From the sequence record PP968062.1: DNA of 64,000 bases, one strand, 5' to 3'. The position numbers were made by a program, and so were the translations under genes. The notes under the pieces were generated by a model. It ran no database searches. It was not told the origin of the DNA and was given only the letters and a program-made list of their open reading frames with translations. Shown piece after piece: positions 36,516 through 45,914 of the stretch. The stretch's first letter is position 1, and each line of letters begins with the position of its first letter.

Positions 36516-36822
36516 AGGTTCTTAGGTAACGGAGTTCGATGACATGATCTGGGAGGACTGAAAGGATCTCACTCATCTGCTTGCGGATTGTTCGGACAAG
36601 ATGCTTACCAGTATCTGCGTCCATGAAGACTTCAGTAATAATAGCATCGTCGTCCAGGTCAGTTCCGTGTCCTATCTCCGCTTCAGCCATTAGGATAGCT
36701 AAAGCGTTGATATCGGATACCGTGAAACCAGCCAGATCAGCCCATGATTCAACTTGCCTTGAGCGAGGACCATAGAGTACGTCCATGGATAGCCTCACGA
36801 ATATCGTTTCACGCAACTTCAT
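36442..36822 (-). CDS. Hypothetical protein
   Basis: 126 aa, GGAG RBS. Confidence 0.65.
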   Translation of the reverse strand: MKLRETIFVRLSMDVLYGPRSRQVESWADLAGFTVSDINALAILMAEAEIGHGTDLDDDAIITEVFMDADTGKHLVRTIRKQMSEILSVLPDHVIELRYLRTYGDAVYVIATRVPSLLDGLGDILP

Positions 36823-37243
36823 ACTCCACTATTAAGTAGACTGTATCGGATTTCTCATCAAAGTAAACTTTTCTATTCCGATAGTCCAGAACCAACGCAT
36901 CCGGAATCATGTAACCAATTGCCTTTACCCGGTTCATCACGAACTGTACGATCTTGTCATCGAGCTCAACTCTTCTCTCTTCCGGTACCTCTTGCAGTGT
37001 ACGATAACCGAATATCAGTAGAATCGAGTCTTCCAGATTGCTTACTTTGTAACGTCCAGTTTCAGGATCAAACCCGATACCATGATCTACTTGCCAACAG
37101 ATCGTACTGGCAATAAGATCCACGATACCATCAGTACCGATATAGTCCCGGATCTCATAGAAGCTCTCGTCGATGAGCCCAATGAAGTCCGAACCTTTGA
37201 AAGTTAATAATAGCTGTTCTTTCACGATTTGACACTCCGGCAT
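36809..37243 (-). CDS. Hypothetical protein
   Basis: 144 aa, GGAGG RBS lying inside the upstream hairpin. Confidence 0.65.
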   Translation of the reverse strand: MPECQIVKEQLLLTFKGSDFIGLIDESFYEIRDYIGTDGIVDLIASTICWQVDHGIGFDPETGRYKVSNLEDSILLIFGYRTLQEVPEERRVELDDKIVQFVMNRVKAIGYMIPDALVLDYRNRKVYFDEKSDTVYLIVEYEVA

Positions 37244-37246
37244 AAA

Positions 37247-37264
37247 GCCTCCAATAAAGGAGGC
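37247..37264 (-). terminator. Hairpin overlapping the RBS of the next gene
   Basis: GCCTCC-AATAAA-GGAGGC. Confidence 0.6.
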
Positions 37265-37270
37265 CCTATG

Positions 37271-38290
37271 TTAGTTGTTTTCCAAATACCAGCGTTCTGC
37301 GATAGCACGTTGTTCCGGAGGCAGGTAATCGTTACGGAGGAAAGATGCAACGAGATCCATCATTTCTTTTTCAGTGCGATCAGTGACTTTGGTTTCATAC
37401 AAAGCCAAGATGTTACTGGAGCTGTATTCCAAGCTGTACTTCTTATCACGTTTAACGTAAGTAGAGAAGTAGCTCAGGCCAAATGCTGCAATGACCTTAC
37501 GCACGTAGTTCTGTTTGAAGTCCTCCATGTTGGCAATACCAACCAGAGCAAACATGTCATCGTTCAGTTGGGGACAGATCGGGTCCAGATGAATCATCGG
37601 ATACATCGTGGTCAGGGTATCCAGGAAGACCGCAGCCATTGCACGGTTAGGATTCTGTAGGAAGTCGATTACTCGTTGAACACGAGCAGGTGTACGTTGT
37701 TTACCCATCATTGCAACTGCGCGAGTCAGGGTGTTCGGATCACGCATCACTGCGCCAAATGTACGCATGAACTCGCTATGCAGATACGATACCAACGAGG
37801 TACAGTTCAGAGCGATCTCAGCATGACTATCATCGTTGTGTTGATCAGTCAGTCGATAGTATTCTTGAATACGATGGTCTTCACCTTCAGCCAGGCCGAT
37901 CAAGCCACCAACGCTAACCGGTTTCCACTCAATGTAGGTACGACGATCGATGTGATGTTCGAGTTGTTTATCAATCTCGATATTCACGCCTTCCCAGATT
38001 GCGTCACTAGCGAAAGCCTTATAGACTTCCAATTGTTTCTCATCTAGGGTTCCAGGTTGAACACCAAACAGTGCTCCTGCTTTATAAGCTTCATAGTCGA
38101 TCTCGGTTTCGAATGCACTCCGGCTAGTAAGGATCTCTTTAACAGTCAGGAATACCAACTGAGTTGCGGTACTACGAGTAGGCCGCGGGAGAACCAGTTG
38201 TGGATTGCTTTTAGTAAAGTGTTCGAGATACGCAAACAGGACATCTACCTGTGGTTGAATCTCTAGCACTACAAACCGTTTGGACGACAT
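37271..38290 (-). CDS. Conserved hypothetical protein
   Basis: 339 aa, GGAG RBS. Confidence 0.75.
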   Translation of the reverse strand: MSSKRFVVLEIQPQVDVLFAYLEHFTKSNPQLVLPRPTRSTATQLVFLTVKEILTSRSAFETEIDYEAYKAGALFGVQPGTLDEKQLEVYKAFASDAIWEGVNIEIDKQLEHHIDRRTYIEWKPVSVGGLIGLAEGEDHRIQEYYRLTDQHNDDSHAEIALNCTSLVSYLHSEFMRTFGAVMRDPNTLTRAVAMMGKQRTPARVQRVIDFLQNPNRAMAAVFLDTLTTMYPMIHLDPICPQLNDDMFALVGIANMEDFKQNYVRKVIAAFGLSYFSTYVKRDKKYSLEYSSSNILALYETKVTDRTEKEMMDLVASFLRNDYLPPEQRAIAERWYLENN

Positions 38291-38306
38291 TGTATTGCTC
38301 CGTTTG

Positions 38307-38711
38307 TTAATTGATAGGTATTGACAAGTAGATTACAGAACCGATTCGTTTGTAACCAACATGCATCCCAGAAGCTTCCACTGGAAGATTGAGTATGTTG
38401 TACAGTAATGATCGTGCATCGGTCTGGGCATTCATCCATTCGATTTCACGTTGGGTGTTCCTATAAGGAGCATACCCCATCACGTAACAACATTGGAAAG
38501 AGTTTATGGAGTTCTGAATGAAATCATCGATCAACCGATTCTTTGCTTCGACTAATAGCCCAGCAATTTCCACAGTATCTAGTCCGACCATCTCACAAGC
38601 TTTGACTCTAGCTAAAGCCATGAAGGGCGGTCTAGTGATCTCATTAATGACTCCGATCAGATCGAAGGCATGTAACTGAACTTGCCGTTGTACTTGAAAG
38701 TTTTGTAACAT
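38307..38711 (-). CDS. Hypothetical protein
   Basis: 134 aa, first gene after an early-type promoter. Confidence 0.65.
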   Translation of the reverse strand: MLQNFQVQRQVQLHAFDLIGVINEITRPPFMALARVKACEMVGLDTVEIAGLLVEAKNRLIDDFIQNSINSFQCCYVMGYAPYRNTQREIEWMNAQTDARSLLYNILNLPVEASGMHVGYKRIGSVIYLSIPIN

Positions 38712-38735
38712 TTTAGTATTCCGGAAATCACTCAG

Positions 38736-38762
38736 AACTATGATATAGATTTGAAATCTTTT
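38736..38762. promoter_or_regulatory. Overlapping divergent promoters (second copy)
   Basis: AACTATGATATAGATTTGAAAT. Confidence 0.6.
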
Positions 38763-38858
38763 AAAATCGCCACAGAACCCCGTTGTATATGATACCCCTC
38801 CTGGGTATTATCTCCATTAGGGTTTATTCACTGGTGAGCTTCCTAGGGGCGTTAAAAC

Positions 38859-39671
38859 ATGAATGCTATTCAATACGCACTTCGCGATTTGCCTTTCCGG
38901 ATCCCCCGTCAGATTCTAGAGTCTGTTTTCATTGGTAAAGAAGCAGCAGAGAATGCTGCTGTTTGCGGTGAAGTAATTTCTCTAGAAACCCGGATTCGTG
39001 AGGCGGTATTAGAACCACGTGTCTTTGCAGACATGAACTTGATTGGCGGTAGTAAGACTTACATTCCGCTGGACTTCCCTGTTAAGTCCGAGTACGTCGA
39101 TCCGTACACAGTTATTTACTACATCCCCGATGAGTATACCCAACAACGTCCCATTGTTCAGGTATTTAGTATCCACTTCGGTATCCTGGGTTACCAGAAC
39201 TCTGGGTATGCCATGCATTACAACGAATCCACAATCGGTGCTGAATCTCGTAAGGTACTGGACTCTGCTCGTCGTTTGCCTGTAGCTCAGACTGCTTACA
39301 TCAACTTGATCAACCATAACACCGTAATGGTTCGCTTCATCTATTTACCTTCGCACGCTGCCTATCTAGCATGCCGTTTGGGTAACGATGACGAGCTGTT
39401 GAATATTCGTCCTCAAGCAATTCCCGTTTTCTCTAAGCTCGTTGAGTATGCTGTTAAGGCTTACTGCTATAATGAGCTATACATCAGCATGGGCGAGGCT
39501 CAGTTGTCTGGTGGTCAAGAGCTCGGTGTATTCCGTGATAAGGTTTACGAATGGTCTGAAGCAAATGATCTCTATGACGAGCAGCTGAAGAAGTGGAGGA
39601 AGGTATCCCGGAACTTCAATGATCCTGAAGGTAACCGACACCATATCCGTACAATCATGGCGGCGCCTTAA
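38859..39671 (+). CDS. Conserved protein, probably virion structural
   Basis: 270 aa, AGGGG RBS, plus (late) strand, TATG motifs upstream. Confidence 0.65.
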   Translation: MNAIQYALRDLPFRIPRQILESVFIGKEAAENAAVCGEVISLETRIREAVLEPRVFADMNLIGGSKTYIPLDFPVKSEYVDPYTVIYYIPDEYTQQRPIVQVFSIHFGILGYQNSGYAMHYNESTIGAESRKVLDSARRLPVAQTAYINLINHNTVMVRFIYLPSHAAYLACRLGNDDELLNIRPQAIPVFSKLVEYAVKAYCYNELYISMGEAQLSGGQELGVFRDKVYEWSEANDLYDEQLKKWRKVSRNFNDPEGNRHHIRTIMAAP

Positions 39672-39689
39672 GAGCGAAGGTGTTTTTAT

Positions 39690-40607
39690 ATGTTCGAGTC
39701 TCTACTCGCTACATTAGTTAAAGCTAATCTTGGGTGGCAGGGGATTCCCGTACAGGGTCCTAACATGCCTGTTACTCGGGTAGGTGCGCCTGCAACTCTA
39801 CTTAATGGTAAAGTGTATATTGCAGGTGGTGGCACGCAAGGTGGGACAAACGGCATATCCACCACGACATTAATGACGTATGATCTCGCCACTGGTACGT
39901 ATGATCAAAACTTCAGTACTGTTCCATCGTCTGTATATTTCTCTGGTATCGTTAATGACGGAACTTATCTATATCACCTAGGTGGGGCTACATTCCCTGG
40001 TAATGCTGTTAATAGCACCTTTGTTAGAATTGATCCAGTTACAAAAGAAAAGCTGGTTTTGAAATCGCCACCGGTGGCACGGTATGATTTCCATATGTTC
40101 TATGAGTCAGGCTTTATTTACACGTATGGCGGTACCCCGTCAAACGACGTGCTAATGAAATATAATATCGCTACTGACACATGGGAAACTGTAACCCAGC
40201 CAACTCTTCGTCCGCCAGCTAGAACTTCTTCTGCTAGTGTTTATTTGAATGGTAAATTCTATCTAATTGGTGGCGTTAGTAATCGTAGCGATTTCTGGGA
40301 ATATACGTTGTCCACAAATACGTGGGTACAACTAAGTAACTTCCCGATCACTACCTGGGTTGGTAGTGGTTTCACTATGGAAGGTCGGATATTCCTGATG
40401 CCTGGTGCACCATTAATCAATAACAGCGCTAATAAAAATATCTACGAATATTTGCCCAATGAGAATAAATGGGTATTGTTCAAGAACGTAGCTAACATTG
40501 TATTCAATTCGAGTATAGTGTCAGATGGAAAGCGTTTGTATTGTTTCGGTGGATCTGGTAACAGTTCTGTTAACGCAGCCAGTAACGCAATGTATTATCT
40601 AAAGTAA
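39690..40607 (+). CDS. Kelch-repeat beta-propeller protein
   Basis: 305 aa; six repeats with hydrophobic-GG and downstream Y/W (YIAGG, YHLGG, YTYGG, YLIGG, FLMPG, YCFGG; WETV, WVQL, WVLF). Confidence 0.85.
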   Translation: MFESLLATLVKANLGWQGIPVQGPNMPVTRVGAPATLLNGKVYIAGGGTQGGTNGISTTTLMTYDLATGTYDQNFSTVPSSVYFSGIVNDGTYLYHLGGATFPGNAVNSTFVRIDPVTKEKLVLKSPPVARYDFHMFYESGFIYTYGGTPSNDVLMKYNIATDTWETVTQPTLRPPARTSSASVYLNGKFYLIGGVSNRSDFWEYTLSTNTWVQLSNFPITTWVGSGFTMEGRIFLMPGAPLINNSANKNIYEYLPNENKWVLFKNVANIVFNSSIVSDGKRLYCFGGSGNSSVNAASNAMYYLK

Positions 40608-40621
40608 AAAAAATAAAGCAT

Positions 40622-40645
40622 AGCCCCTACCCGAAGGTAGGGGCT
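40622..40645. terminator. Bidirectional hairpin terminator
   Basis: AGCCCCTACC-CGAA-GGTAGGGGCT. Confidence 0.85.
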
Positions 40646-40653
40646 TTATGCCA

Positions 40654-40884
40654 TTACGATAAACGTTCCAAACAATCCAGAACATCGACCGGATCACACT
40701 TCATGCAGAGGAGATCAGAAACCGAAGCAGAAGACTCGGCTACGAGTTCCAGATTCCCGTCGTTGATGATGACCTTATCACCCTGAACAAAGACATCCCA
40801 ATCACCATAGGTCCAACGACCTTGAGGATTGGCTTCAACAACACGTTTGGTTTCAGCTTGAACTTTATCGAAGAAAGCTTGCAT
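40654..40884 (-). CDS. Small hypothetical protein
   Basis: ORF track 40654..40977; AAGGA RBS favours ATG 40884 (76 aa). Confidence 0.65.
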   Translation of the reverse strand: MQAFFDKVQAETKRVVEANPQGRWTYGDWDVFVQGDKVIINDGNLELVAESSASVSDLLCMKCDPVDVLDCLERLS

Positions 40885-40895
40885 GTTGATATTCC

Positions 40896-41120
40896 TTATA
40901 CGTTTTTCAGGATGGTTACGATCATCTGTTTCGGAGTTACACCCAGACCCAAGCAATAACGACGGAACGTATCGCAAGGTTGAGTGGCTTTCCGGTCAAT
41001 GACGTTAAGATGGAAGCACATGTTACCACGGGCATCCAAGATGGTTACGAACTTACTATTACTGGTTACTCGGTAATCACGACCGAGAACCTTTACGGTT
41101 TTGTACGCATGGCTATTCAT
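40896..41120 (-). CDS. Small hypothetical early protein
   Basis: 74 aa, AAGGT RBS, directly after an early promoter. Confidence 0.7.
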   Translation of the reverse strand: MNSHAYKTVKVLGRDYRVTSNSKFVTILDARGNMCFHLNVIDRKATQPCDTFRRYCLGLGVTPKQMIVTILKNV

Positions 41121-41150
41121 GTCGTGATACCTTTAGGGTTTATTATCACG

Positions 41151-41185
41151 TTTGTAATATAGCCTTTAAATTGGTTTGAATGTAA
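41151..41185 (-). promoter_or_regulatory. Early promoter cassette (35 bp direct repeat with 54525-54559)
   Basis: TTACATTCAAACCAATTTAAAGGCTATATTACAAA on the minus strand. Confidence 0.85.
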
Positions 41186-41202
41186 AAAGAAAAACGGAAT
41201 AA

Positions 41203-41224
41203 AGCCCACCCCGAAGGGTGGGCT
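41203..41224 (-). terminator. Hairpin terminator
   Basis: AGCCCACCC-CGAA-GGGTGGGCT with an A-tract. Confidence 0.85.
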
Positions 41225-41242
41225 ATTCTTTAGCAAGTCTAA

Positions 41243-41671
41243 TCACCAGTAGCGGCGAAGGAAGACATCGAGATCTTGTACAGCGCGATGGTCTTTAGCA
41301 CGGATTTTGGGGTCACGTGTTTCCACCTTCTCCAGAGCCTCAAAAGATTCTTTCAGATGGGTCGGATGGAGTACTTGAATCTCGTAGCTGTTAACTACTT
41401 GTTTCTGTTGCTCCGGTGTCATTTTCCGCAAACGGGTGAAATCGTAGAAGATGATGAACTTACCTTGATCATCTTCAGTCTCCTCGTTCCCTGCTTCAAT
41501 CCAACGATTGTACTGAGCGGGGGTCAAGAAGATGTCGATGGTATTGACTTCCTTACGCAGGTTGTAAATAACCATTGCACTGAGGTGACCTAGAGCCATC
41601 TCTTCCGGTGGACACTTGTTGGTAGTTGCCCAGGTTTTCATGATTTCGACAATGTGTTCACGTTGGGACAT
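41243..41671 (-). CDS. Hypothetical protein
   Basis: ORF track 41243..41749; the later ATG at 41671 avoids overlap. Confidence 0.65.
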   Translation of the reverse strand: MSQREHIVEIMKTWATTNKCPPEEMALGHLSAMVIYNLRKEVNTIDIFLTPAQYNRWIEAGNEETEDDQGKFIIFYDFTRLRKMTPEQQKQVVNSYEIQVLHPTHLKESFEALEKVETRDPKIRAKDHRAVQDLDVFLRRYW

Positions 41672-41697
41672 GTGGGTTACTCGATAGTGATTACATA

Positions 41698-41976
41698 TCA
41701 GTAGTTTTGGAGTGTCTTTCCAATACAGAACTGAGCCGTGCTGATCCACTGCCGAACCTCACCCTGCGTAGAGGTGAGCTCGATCTCATCTCCTTTCAAT
41801 GTAGCGGTGAGGTACTCTTTAGTATGTCCACGCGACCGACTGGTCAGAGTGATAACGTCACCTTTCTTCTTTACAGCCAGGCGAGTATAGCTGTCACCCG
41901 CAACACAGGTTTCATCCAGCCCGAGATCGAGCCACTCGCGAATCATTTCTTTAAGCTGTTCATGTGGGCTTTGCAC
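41698..41976 (-). CDS. Hypothetical protein
   Basis: ORF track 41698..42051; GGAG followed by GTG at 41976 is the likely start. Confidence 0.6.
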   Translation of the reverse strand: MQSPHEQLKEMIREWLDLGLDETCVAGDSYTRLAVKKKGDVITLTSRSRGHTKEYLTATLKGDEIELTSTQGEVRQWISTAQFCIGKTLQNY

Positions 41977-42526
41977 AAGACTTCTCCATTTCTTTAATTG
42001 CCAGTAGAATACCAGCACGTGATGGAACGGGTTCATCACCAGAGTAATCAAACGTCACTACCTTATTGGTGAGGTCGACCTCTACGGGCCATTGTCTCAG
42101 ACGCGACGCGGTATGACGGATCCACAGAATATCCTTATCGATAGGAGAGCTGTAGAACTCCAGGTTATTATGCACACTGTCCTTCCACGATTCACGGGGA
42201 AGTTTGGACACCCAATCGACTACAGTCTTTTCGAACGAACGATTGACGATGAACTGTAGCGCGTTGTAGATTTCCTCTTGAACACTTTCCTGATCTTCCG
42301 CCCAAAGGCAGTTGATGCGATCAAGACGTTTCGAAAGGGGATCAAGTTCAAACACAACGTCCGGGCACAGGCGTTTACTAGGATCAGTACCCTGCATCAA
42401 AATAGAACGTTGGTCCGGGGAATACCAGAGTTGGAGATGGCGTTTGGTCCGAGTATCGATACATGCAGAACGCTGACGGCCGAGAAGTCTCCAGATCTGG
42501 ATCAGGGTAGCAATATCGTTAAACAT
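41960..42526 (-). CDS. Hypothetical protein
   Basis: 188 aa, AGGAG RBS. Confidence 0.7.
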   Translation of the reverse strand: MFNDIATLIQIWRLLGRQRSACIDTRTKRHLQLWYSPDQRSILMQGTDPSKRLCPDVVFELDPLSKRLDRINCLWAEDQESVQEEIYNALQFIVNRSFEKTVVDWVSKLPRESWKDSVHNNLEFYSSPIDKDILWIRHTASRLRQWPVEVDLTNKVVTFDYSGDEPVPSRAGILLAIKEMEKSCAKPT

Positions 42527-42545
42527 TTCTGTCTCCTAAGGACAT

Positions 42546-42571
42546 ATGCTCTCCCTTTCACGGGAGAGCAT
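42546..42571 (-). terminator. Hairpin terminator
   Basis: ATGCTCTCCC-TTTCAC-GGGAGAGCAT. Confidence 0.75.
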
Positions 42572-43069
42572 TTATGCCGCTTTTTCTTTTGATGTTTCGG
42601 TTAGTAACACACCCCATCCGGGATGACTCTTTCGGTTGAACAGTAACGGCTTACTTCGTATATACGGAGCATCCTCTGTTAGAACGGTGAATGTACAATG
42701 ACCGGGGTTGTCATCAATCTTGAAATAGAAGTTATCTTTCAGGTCATCTACCTTAGTAATGTTCAGTGGAATCAACATCCCACCCCCATGAACATACCAA
42801 CGTTTGTAAATCCTTTTAGCAAGCCTATCCTCGACCACGGGATTAGACTGGAACCGAGCTATCCTCAAACGCATTCCATTGACTTCAGACCACGCATCAA
42901 CTTTGTCGTAACATGTAACTCCGTCCTTCTGGAATACAAATACAAAGCCTTCAAGAACGCCGACTAGTGTGACGGCATGGTGTAACATCGCTGTGTAACT
43001 GGAGAGTTCGAGGTCAAGCTCAGCTGCCATTAGCTCATCGAGCTTTTTCGCTGCTGACTTAGCCATCAT
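42572..43069 (-). CDS. Hypothetical protein
   Basis: 165 aa, AGGAGG RBS. Confidence 0.7.
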   Translation of the reverse strand: MMAKSAAKKLDELMAAELDLELSSYTAMLHHAVTLVGVLEGFVFVFQKDGVTCYDKVDAWSEVNGMRLRIARFQSNPVVEDRLAKRIYKRWYVHGGGMLIPLNITKVDDLKDNFYFKIDDNPGHCTFTVLTEDAPYIRSKPLLFNRKSHPGWGVLLTETSKEKAA

Positions 43070-43146
43070 TCCTCCTTAGAGGTTCAATCAGGTTTCATTG
43101 GTGATTCCTTACTTCTGTGGGTTAGTACAAAGGATTGTGGTATCAG

Positions 43147-43584
43147 TTAAAGCTTCGCATAACGCTCATAGCGAGCGATACCACGTTCACTGACGTCCTT
43201 ACGCCACTTAACCATTTCAACGGCGTTCTGACGCGCTACAGTGGCCCAGCCGCGTGCATCATCCATACGGGTACGTTGTTGGATAGGGCTGCCCGACAAT
43301 GCTTCGACGAACTCATCGTCAGGAAGATCTTCTTCTTTGTAGAAGGAATCGTCAGCCTGGATGAAATACACCAGATGCTGGAGAGCTGCTCGGGTTTCTG
43401 AATCGCTAACCAATGCCTTCATTGCAGAACGCATGGTGTTGTTATCGACATCACAGTAGATAGCCAGTTCGCCAATGGTAATACGATCACCTTGGGAAAC
43501 CGTACGCATCAGAGCTTCAGTACTATCAACAGCGATCTTTGTAAAACGTTCAGCGGTAAGCTTGATCATTTTTGTTCCCTGCAA
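43147..43584 (-). CDS. Hypothetical protein with a possible helix-turn-helix
   Basis: 145 aa; ITIGELAIYCDVDNNTMRSAMKAL resembles an HTH. Confidence 0.6.
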   Translation of the reverse strand: MQGTKMIKLTAERFTKIAVDSTEALMRTVSQGDRITIGELAIYCDVDNNTMRSAMKALVSDSETRAALQHLVYFIQADDSFYKEEDLPDDEFVEALSGSPIQQRTRMDDARGWATVARQNAVEMVKWRKDVSERGIARYERYAKL

Positions 43585-43808
43585 ATGAAAACGATTTTGG
43601 TGGAACGGTTCACGTTACTCACATGGAGTTCGTTATTGTCTCCACGATGATAATCCGCGATCCAGTTATTACTGTTATACAAACTGCGGTGTTGCTGAAC
43701 TACCGCTTTACATACATCAAGAGAAGACACAGGTACAGTTGATTCCTTTACCGATGGAAGTTCGCCAACCACGGCAGTAGAAATAACAGTAGCTAGAACC
43801 CAAGACAT
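43566..43808 (-). CDS. Small protein with an N-terminal hydrophobic or signal segment
   Basis: 80 aa, GGAG RBS. Confidence 0.65.
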   Translation of the reverse strand: MSWVLATVISTAVVGELPSVKESTVPVSSLDVCKAVVQQHRSLYNSNNWIADYHRGDNNELHVSNVNRSTKIVFICREQK

Positions 43809-43833
43809 AATTAATCTCCAAGACGGAATAAAA

Positions 43834-43851
43834 GGGGAGCCGAAGCTCCCC
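43834..43851 (-). terminator. Terminator after phuZ
   Basis: GGGGAGC-CGAA-GCTCCCC, followed by TTTTATT on the minus strand. Confidence 0.85.
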
Positions 43852-43857
43852 AGTTAT

Positions 43858-44805
43858 TTACAGAACGAAACCGTCATCAGAACGGTTGTCATCGATATCA
43901 ACGATTGCTGCACGCTGGGTATAGCGAACCTGCTGACGATGGTGTTCTTGTTTCTGATCCAGCAGCGATTTGATGCGTTCCTGAATACCTACCGAATTGA
44001 TTACGAAGTGCAGCTGTTCAGACAGAGCATCTTCATCTTCCGGAGAGGCGATACCAACAGTGCGAACGAACGGGTTACCATAGGCAACTTCTTTCGCGGC
44101 ATCGGTGTACAGGGAAGCAACAGAGATCATCTCGGGAACTGCGGCAGCTTCCTGACGAGAAGTGTGGATGTGCAGTTCACACAGTTGCGGCTGGATGTAG
44201 CTGTGCTTGTTGGTGAAACGAGCCCAGTGATCCAGGTCCAGAACATCCAGACGAGCGTGCTTCTGGTTGGACAGGTAGATCAGCGAGTGTACAGCGAACA
44301 CTGCATCTTTGTCGATCTCGGAGTATGCGACGCCATTGACGTTCTCGATCGGACAGATGCTGATCGGAGTATTGGTTGCAGCAGCGATACCTTCCAGGGT
44401 CTTCATGGTGTCGATGTCGTTCTGAAGAACTTCAGTCGATTCAATACCACTGATGACCACAGCTACAACAGTCTCACCAGCTTTTGCCAGAGCCGATACC
44501 AGCAGCGGACCGAGAACCGAACCAGAACCACCACCCATGGAGAACAGAACAACGTTGAAGTCGCCTGCCGGGTAGCGTTCGAGGAAAGGAGCGATCTGAT
44601 GACGAACCTTCGGCATGATGAATGCACGATTCTTACCTGCACCACGGGTACCCTCTGTCAGGTAGACGCGTTCAAGATCGTGATCAGCAGTCACGTTCTT
44701 ATCGCAGGTATCGATGTACACCAGATCCGGATGCCATTGAAGGTTGACGCCAACGTTCAGACCAGCACCACCACAGCAGTATACACGAGTTTTAACTTTA
44801 GTCAT
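43858..44805 (-). CDS. phuZ: Phage tubulin PhuZ
   Basis: 315 aa; CGGAG, DTCDKN, GTRGAG, tubulin signature GGGSGS, NDIDTMKTLE, RLDVLD, acidic tail IDDNRSDDGFVL. Confidence 0.96.
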   Translation of the reverse strand: MTKVKTRVYCCGGAGLNVGVNLQWHPDLVYIDTCDKNVTADHDLERVYLTEGTRGAGKNRAFIMPKVRHQIAPFLERYPAGDFNVVLFSMGGGSGSVLGPLLVSALAKAGETVVAVVISGIESTEVLQNDIDTMKTLEGIAAATNTPISICPIENVNGVAYSEIDKDAVFAVHSLIYLSNQKHARLDVLDLDHWARFTNKHSYIQPQLCELHIHTSRQEAAAVPEMISVASLYTDAAKEVAYGNPFVRTVGIASPEDEDALSEQLHFVINSVGIQERIKSLLDQKQEHHRQQVRYTQRAAIVDIDDNRSDDGFVL

Positions 44806-44823
44806 TTCGATGTTTCCTCTTGA

Positions 44824-45126
44824 TTAACCTTCTACGATTGAAATCAGTTCGCCACGCTCAGCTTCGTTGAGCTGGGCAAACAGGTATTCACCTACTTCAG
44901 CAGAGAGGGCTCCGAGTTGCCATTGAGCTTTCTCTTCATCGGTAGCTTGAGCAAACACTTCCGGATGGATTTCTTCCAAGAATACCAGAGCGAGTTTATT
45001 GAACTGGCTCAGGGTATTGATGTTGAACTGGATAATGAACTTGTCGACTGCGCGCTTATCATCAAAGCAAACAGTCTTCGTGGTCATTCCAAAGTGAATG
45101 CTACCAAACTCTTCAATTTCACACAT
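44824..45126 (-). CDS. Hypothetical protein
   Basis: 100 aa directly upstream of phuZ. Confidence 0.6.
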   Translation of the reverse strand: MCEIEEFGSIHFGMTTKTVCFDDKRAVDKFIIQFNINTLSQFNKLALVFLEEIHPEVFAQATDEEKAQWQLGALSAEVGEYLFAQLNEAERGELISIVEG

Positions 45127-45149
45127 AGTAACCGTAACTCCGGTATTTG

Positions 45150-45914
45150 TTAGCTAAGAACTAACTCTTGGTCTTTGAACGAATTGAGATAGACTTTAAC
45201 CTGAACATCGACTCCAAGATAGTAACCTACCATCAAGGTTACCGTACAGTTATCGTGAACCATGGTGTTAACAATGGATACATTGTCCAGATTAGCAAAA
45301 TTCTTGATTGTCGGCGTTATCCGATAAATCTTCGGAATCGACTCGAAGTCAAACTCGTGTCTTTCGCTAACCTTCAGCGTATTCAGATCCACGAACGTGA
45401 TTGTCTTTGGACGACAATATTCATCAACTTCGACATGTTTAATCGCAGATGGCGTATTCTCAGGAACTAGAAGCTGATATACACGATCATTACTGTAGAA
45501 AGTAATACGACCCATCTCTTGGTTCAGCCATTCAGTCGGCTTATAGAAACTAACTGAGTGCACCGCGGTATCAAAGCTCATGGAGCTCTGTACATCGAAG
45601 AATACGTAGCCATCGGAGATCATGTGCTCTACCAGTTTCTGATAGTGCTCACCCAGACGGTGTAAAGTTTGGCGAGTAGCAATAGAACCGAAGAACGCAC
45701 CCAAGTTCTGGCGGGTATGCTCCAGGTTAGATTCACTCGGAGCGTAAGTCTCCTCGAACTCTTTCTTGGTAACGTTCCATTCGGAGATCTTCAGGAAGAT
45801 GTCATTGGTAACAGGATGAACTGCACCAAAGGTGATTTCATCTACGTTTTCAATAACTAGGAAGTTTTTAAAGATCTCTTTGATCTTGGGGAACTCGGTT
45901 CCAATGGACTTCAT
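45150..45914 (-). CDS. Hypothetical protein
   Basis: 254 aa, GAGG RBS. Confidence 0.7.
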   Translation of the reverse strand: MKSIGTEFPKIKEIFKNFLVIENVDEITFGAVHPVTNDIFLKISEWNVTKKEFEETYAPSESNLEHTRQNLGAFFGSIATRQTLHRLGEHYQKLVEHMISDGYVFFDVQSSMSFDTAVHSVSFYKPTEWLNQEMGRITFYSNDRVYQLLVPENTPSAIKHVEVDEYCRPKTITFVDLNTLKVSERHEFDFESIPKIYRITPTIKNFANLDNVSIVNTMVHDNCTVTLMVGYYLGVDVQVKVYLNSFKDQELVLS

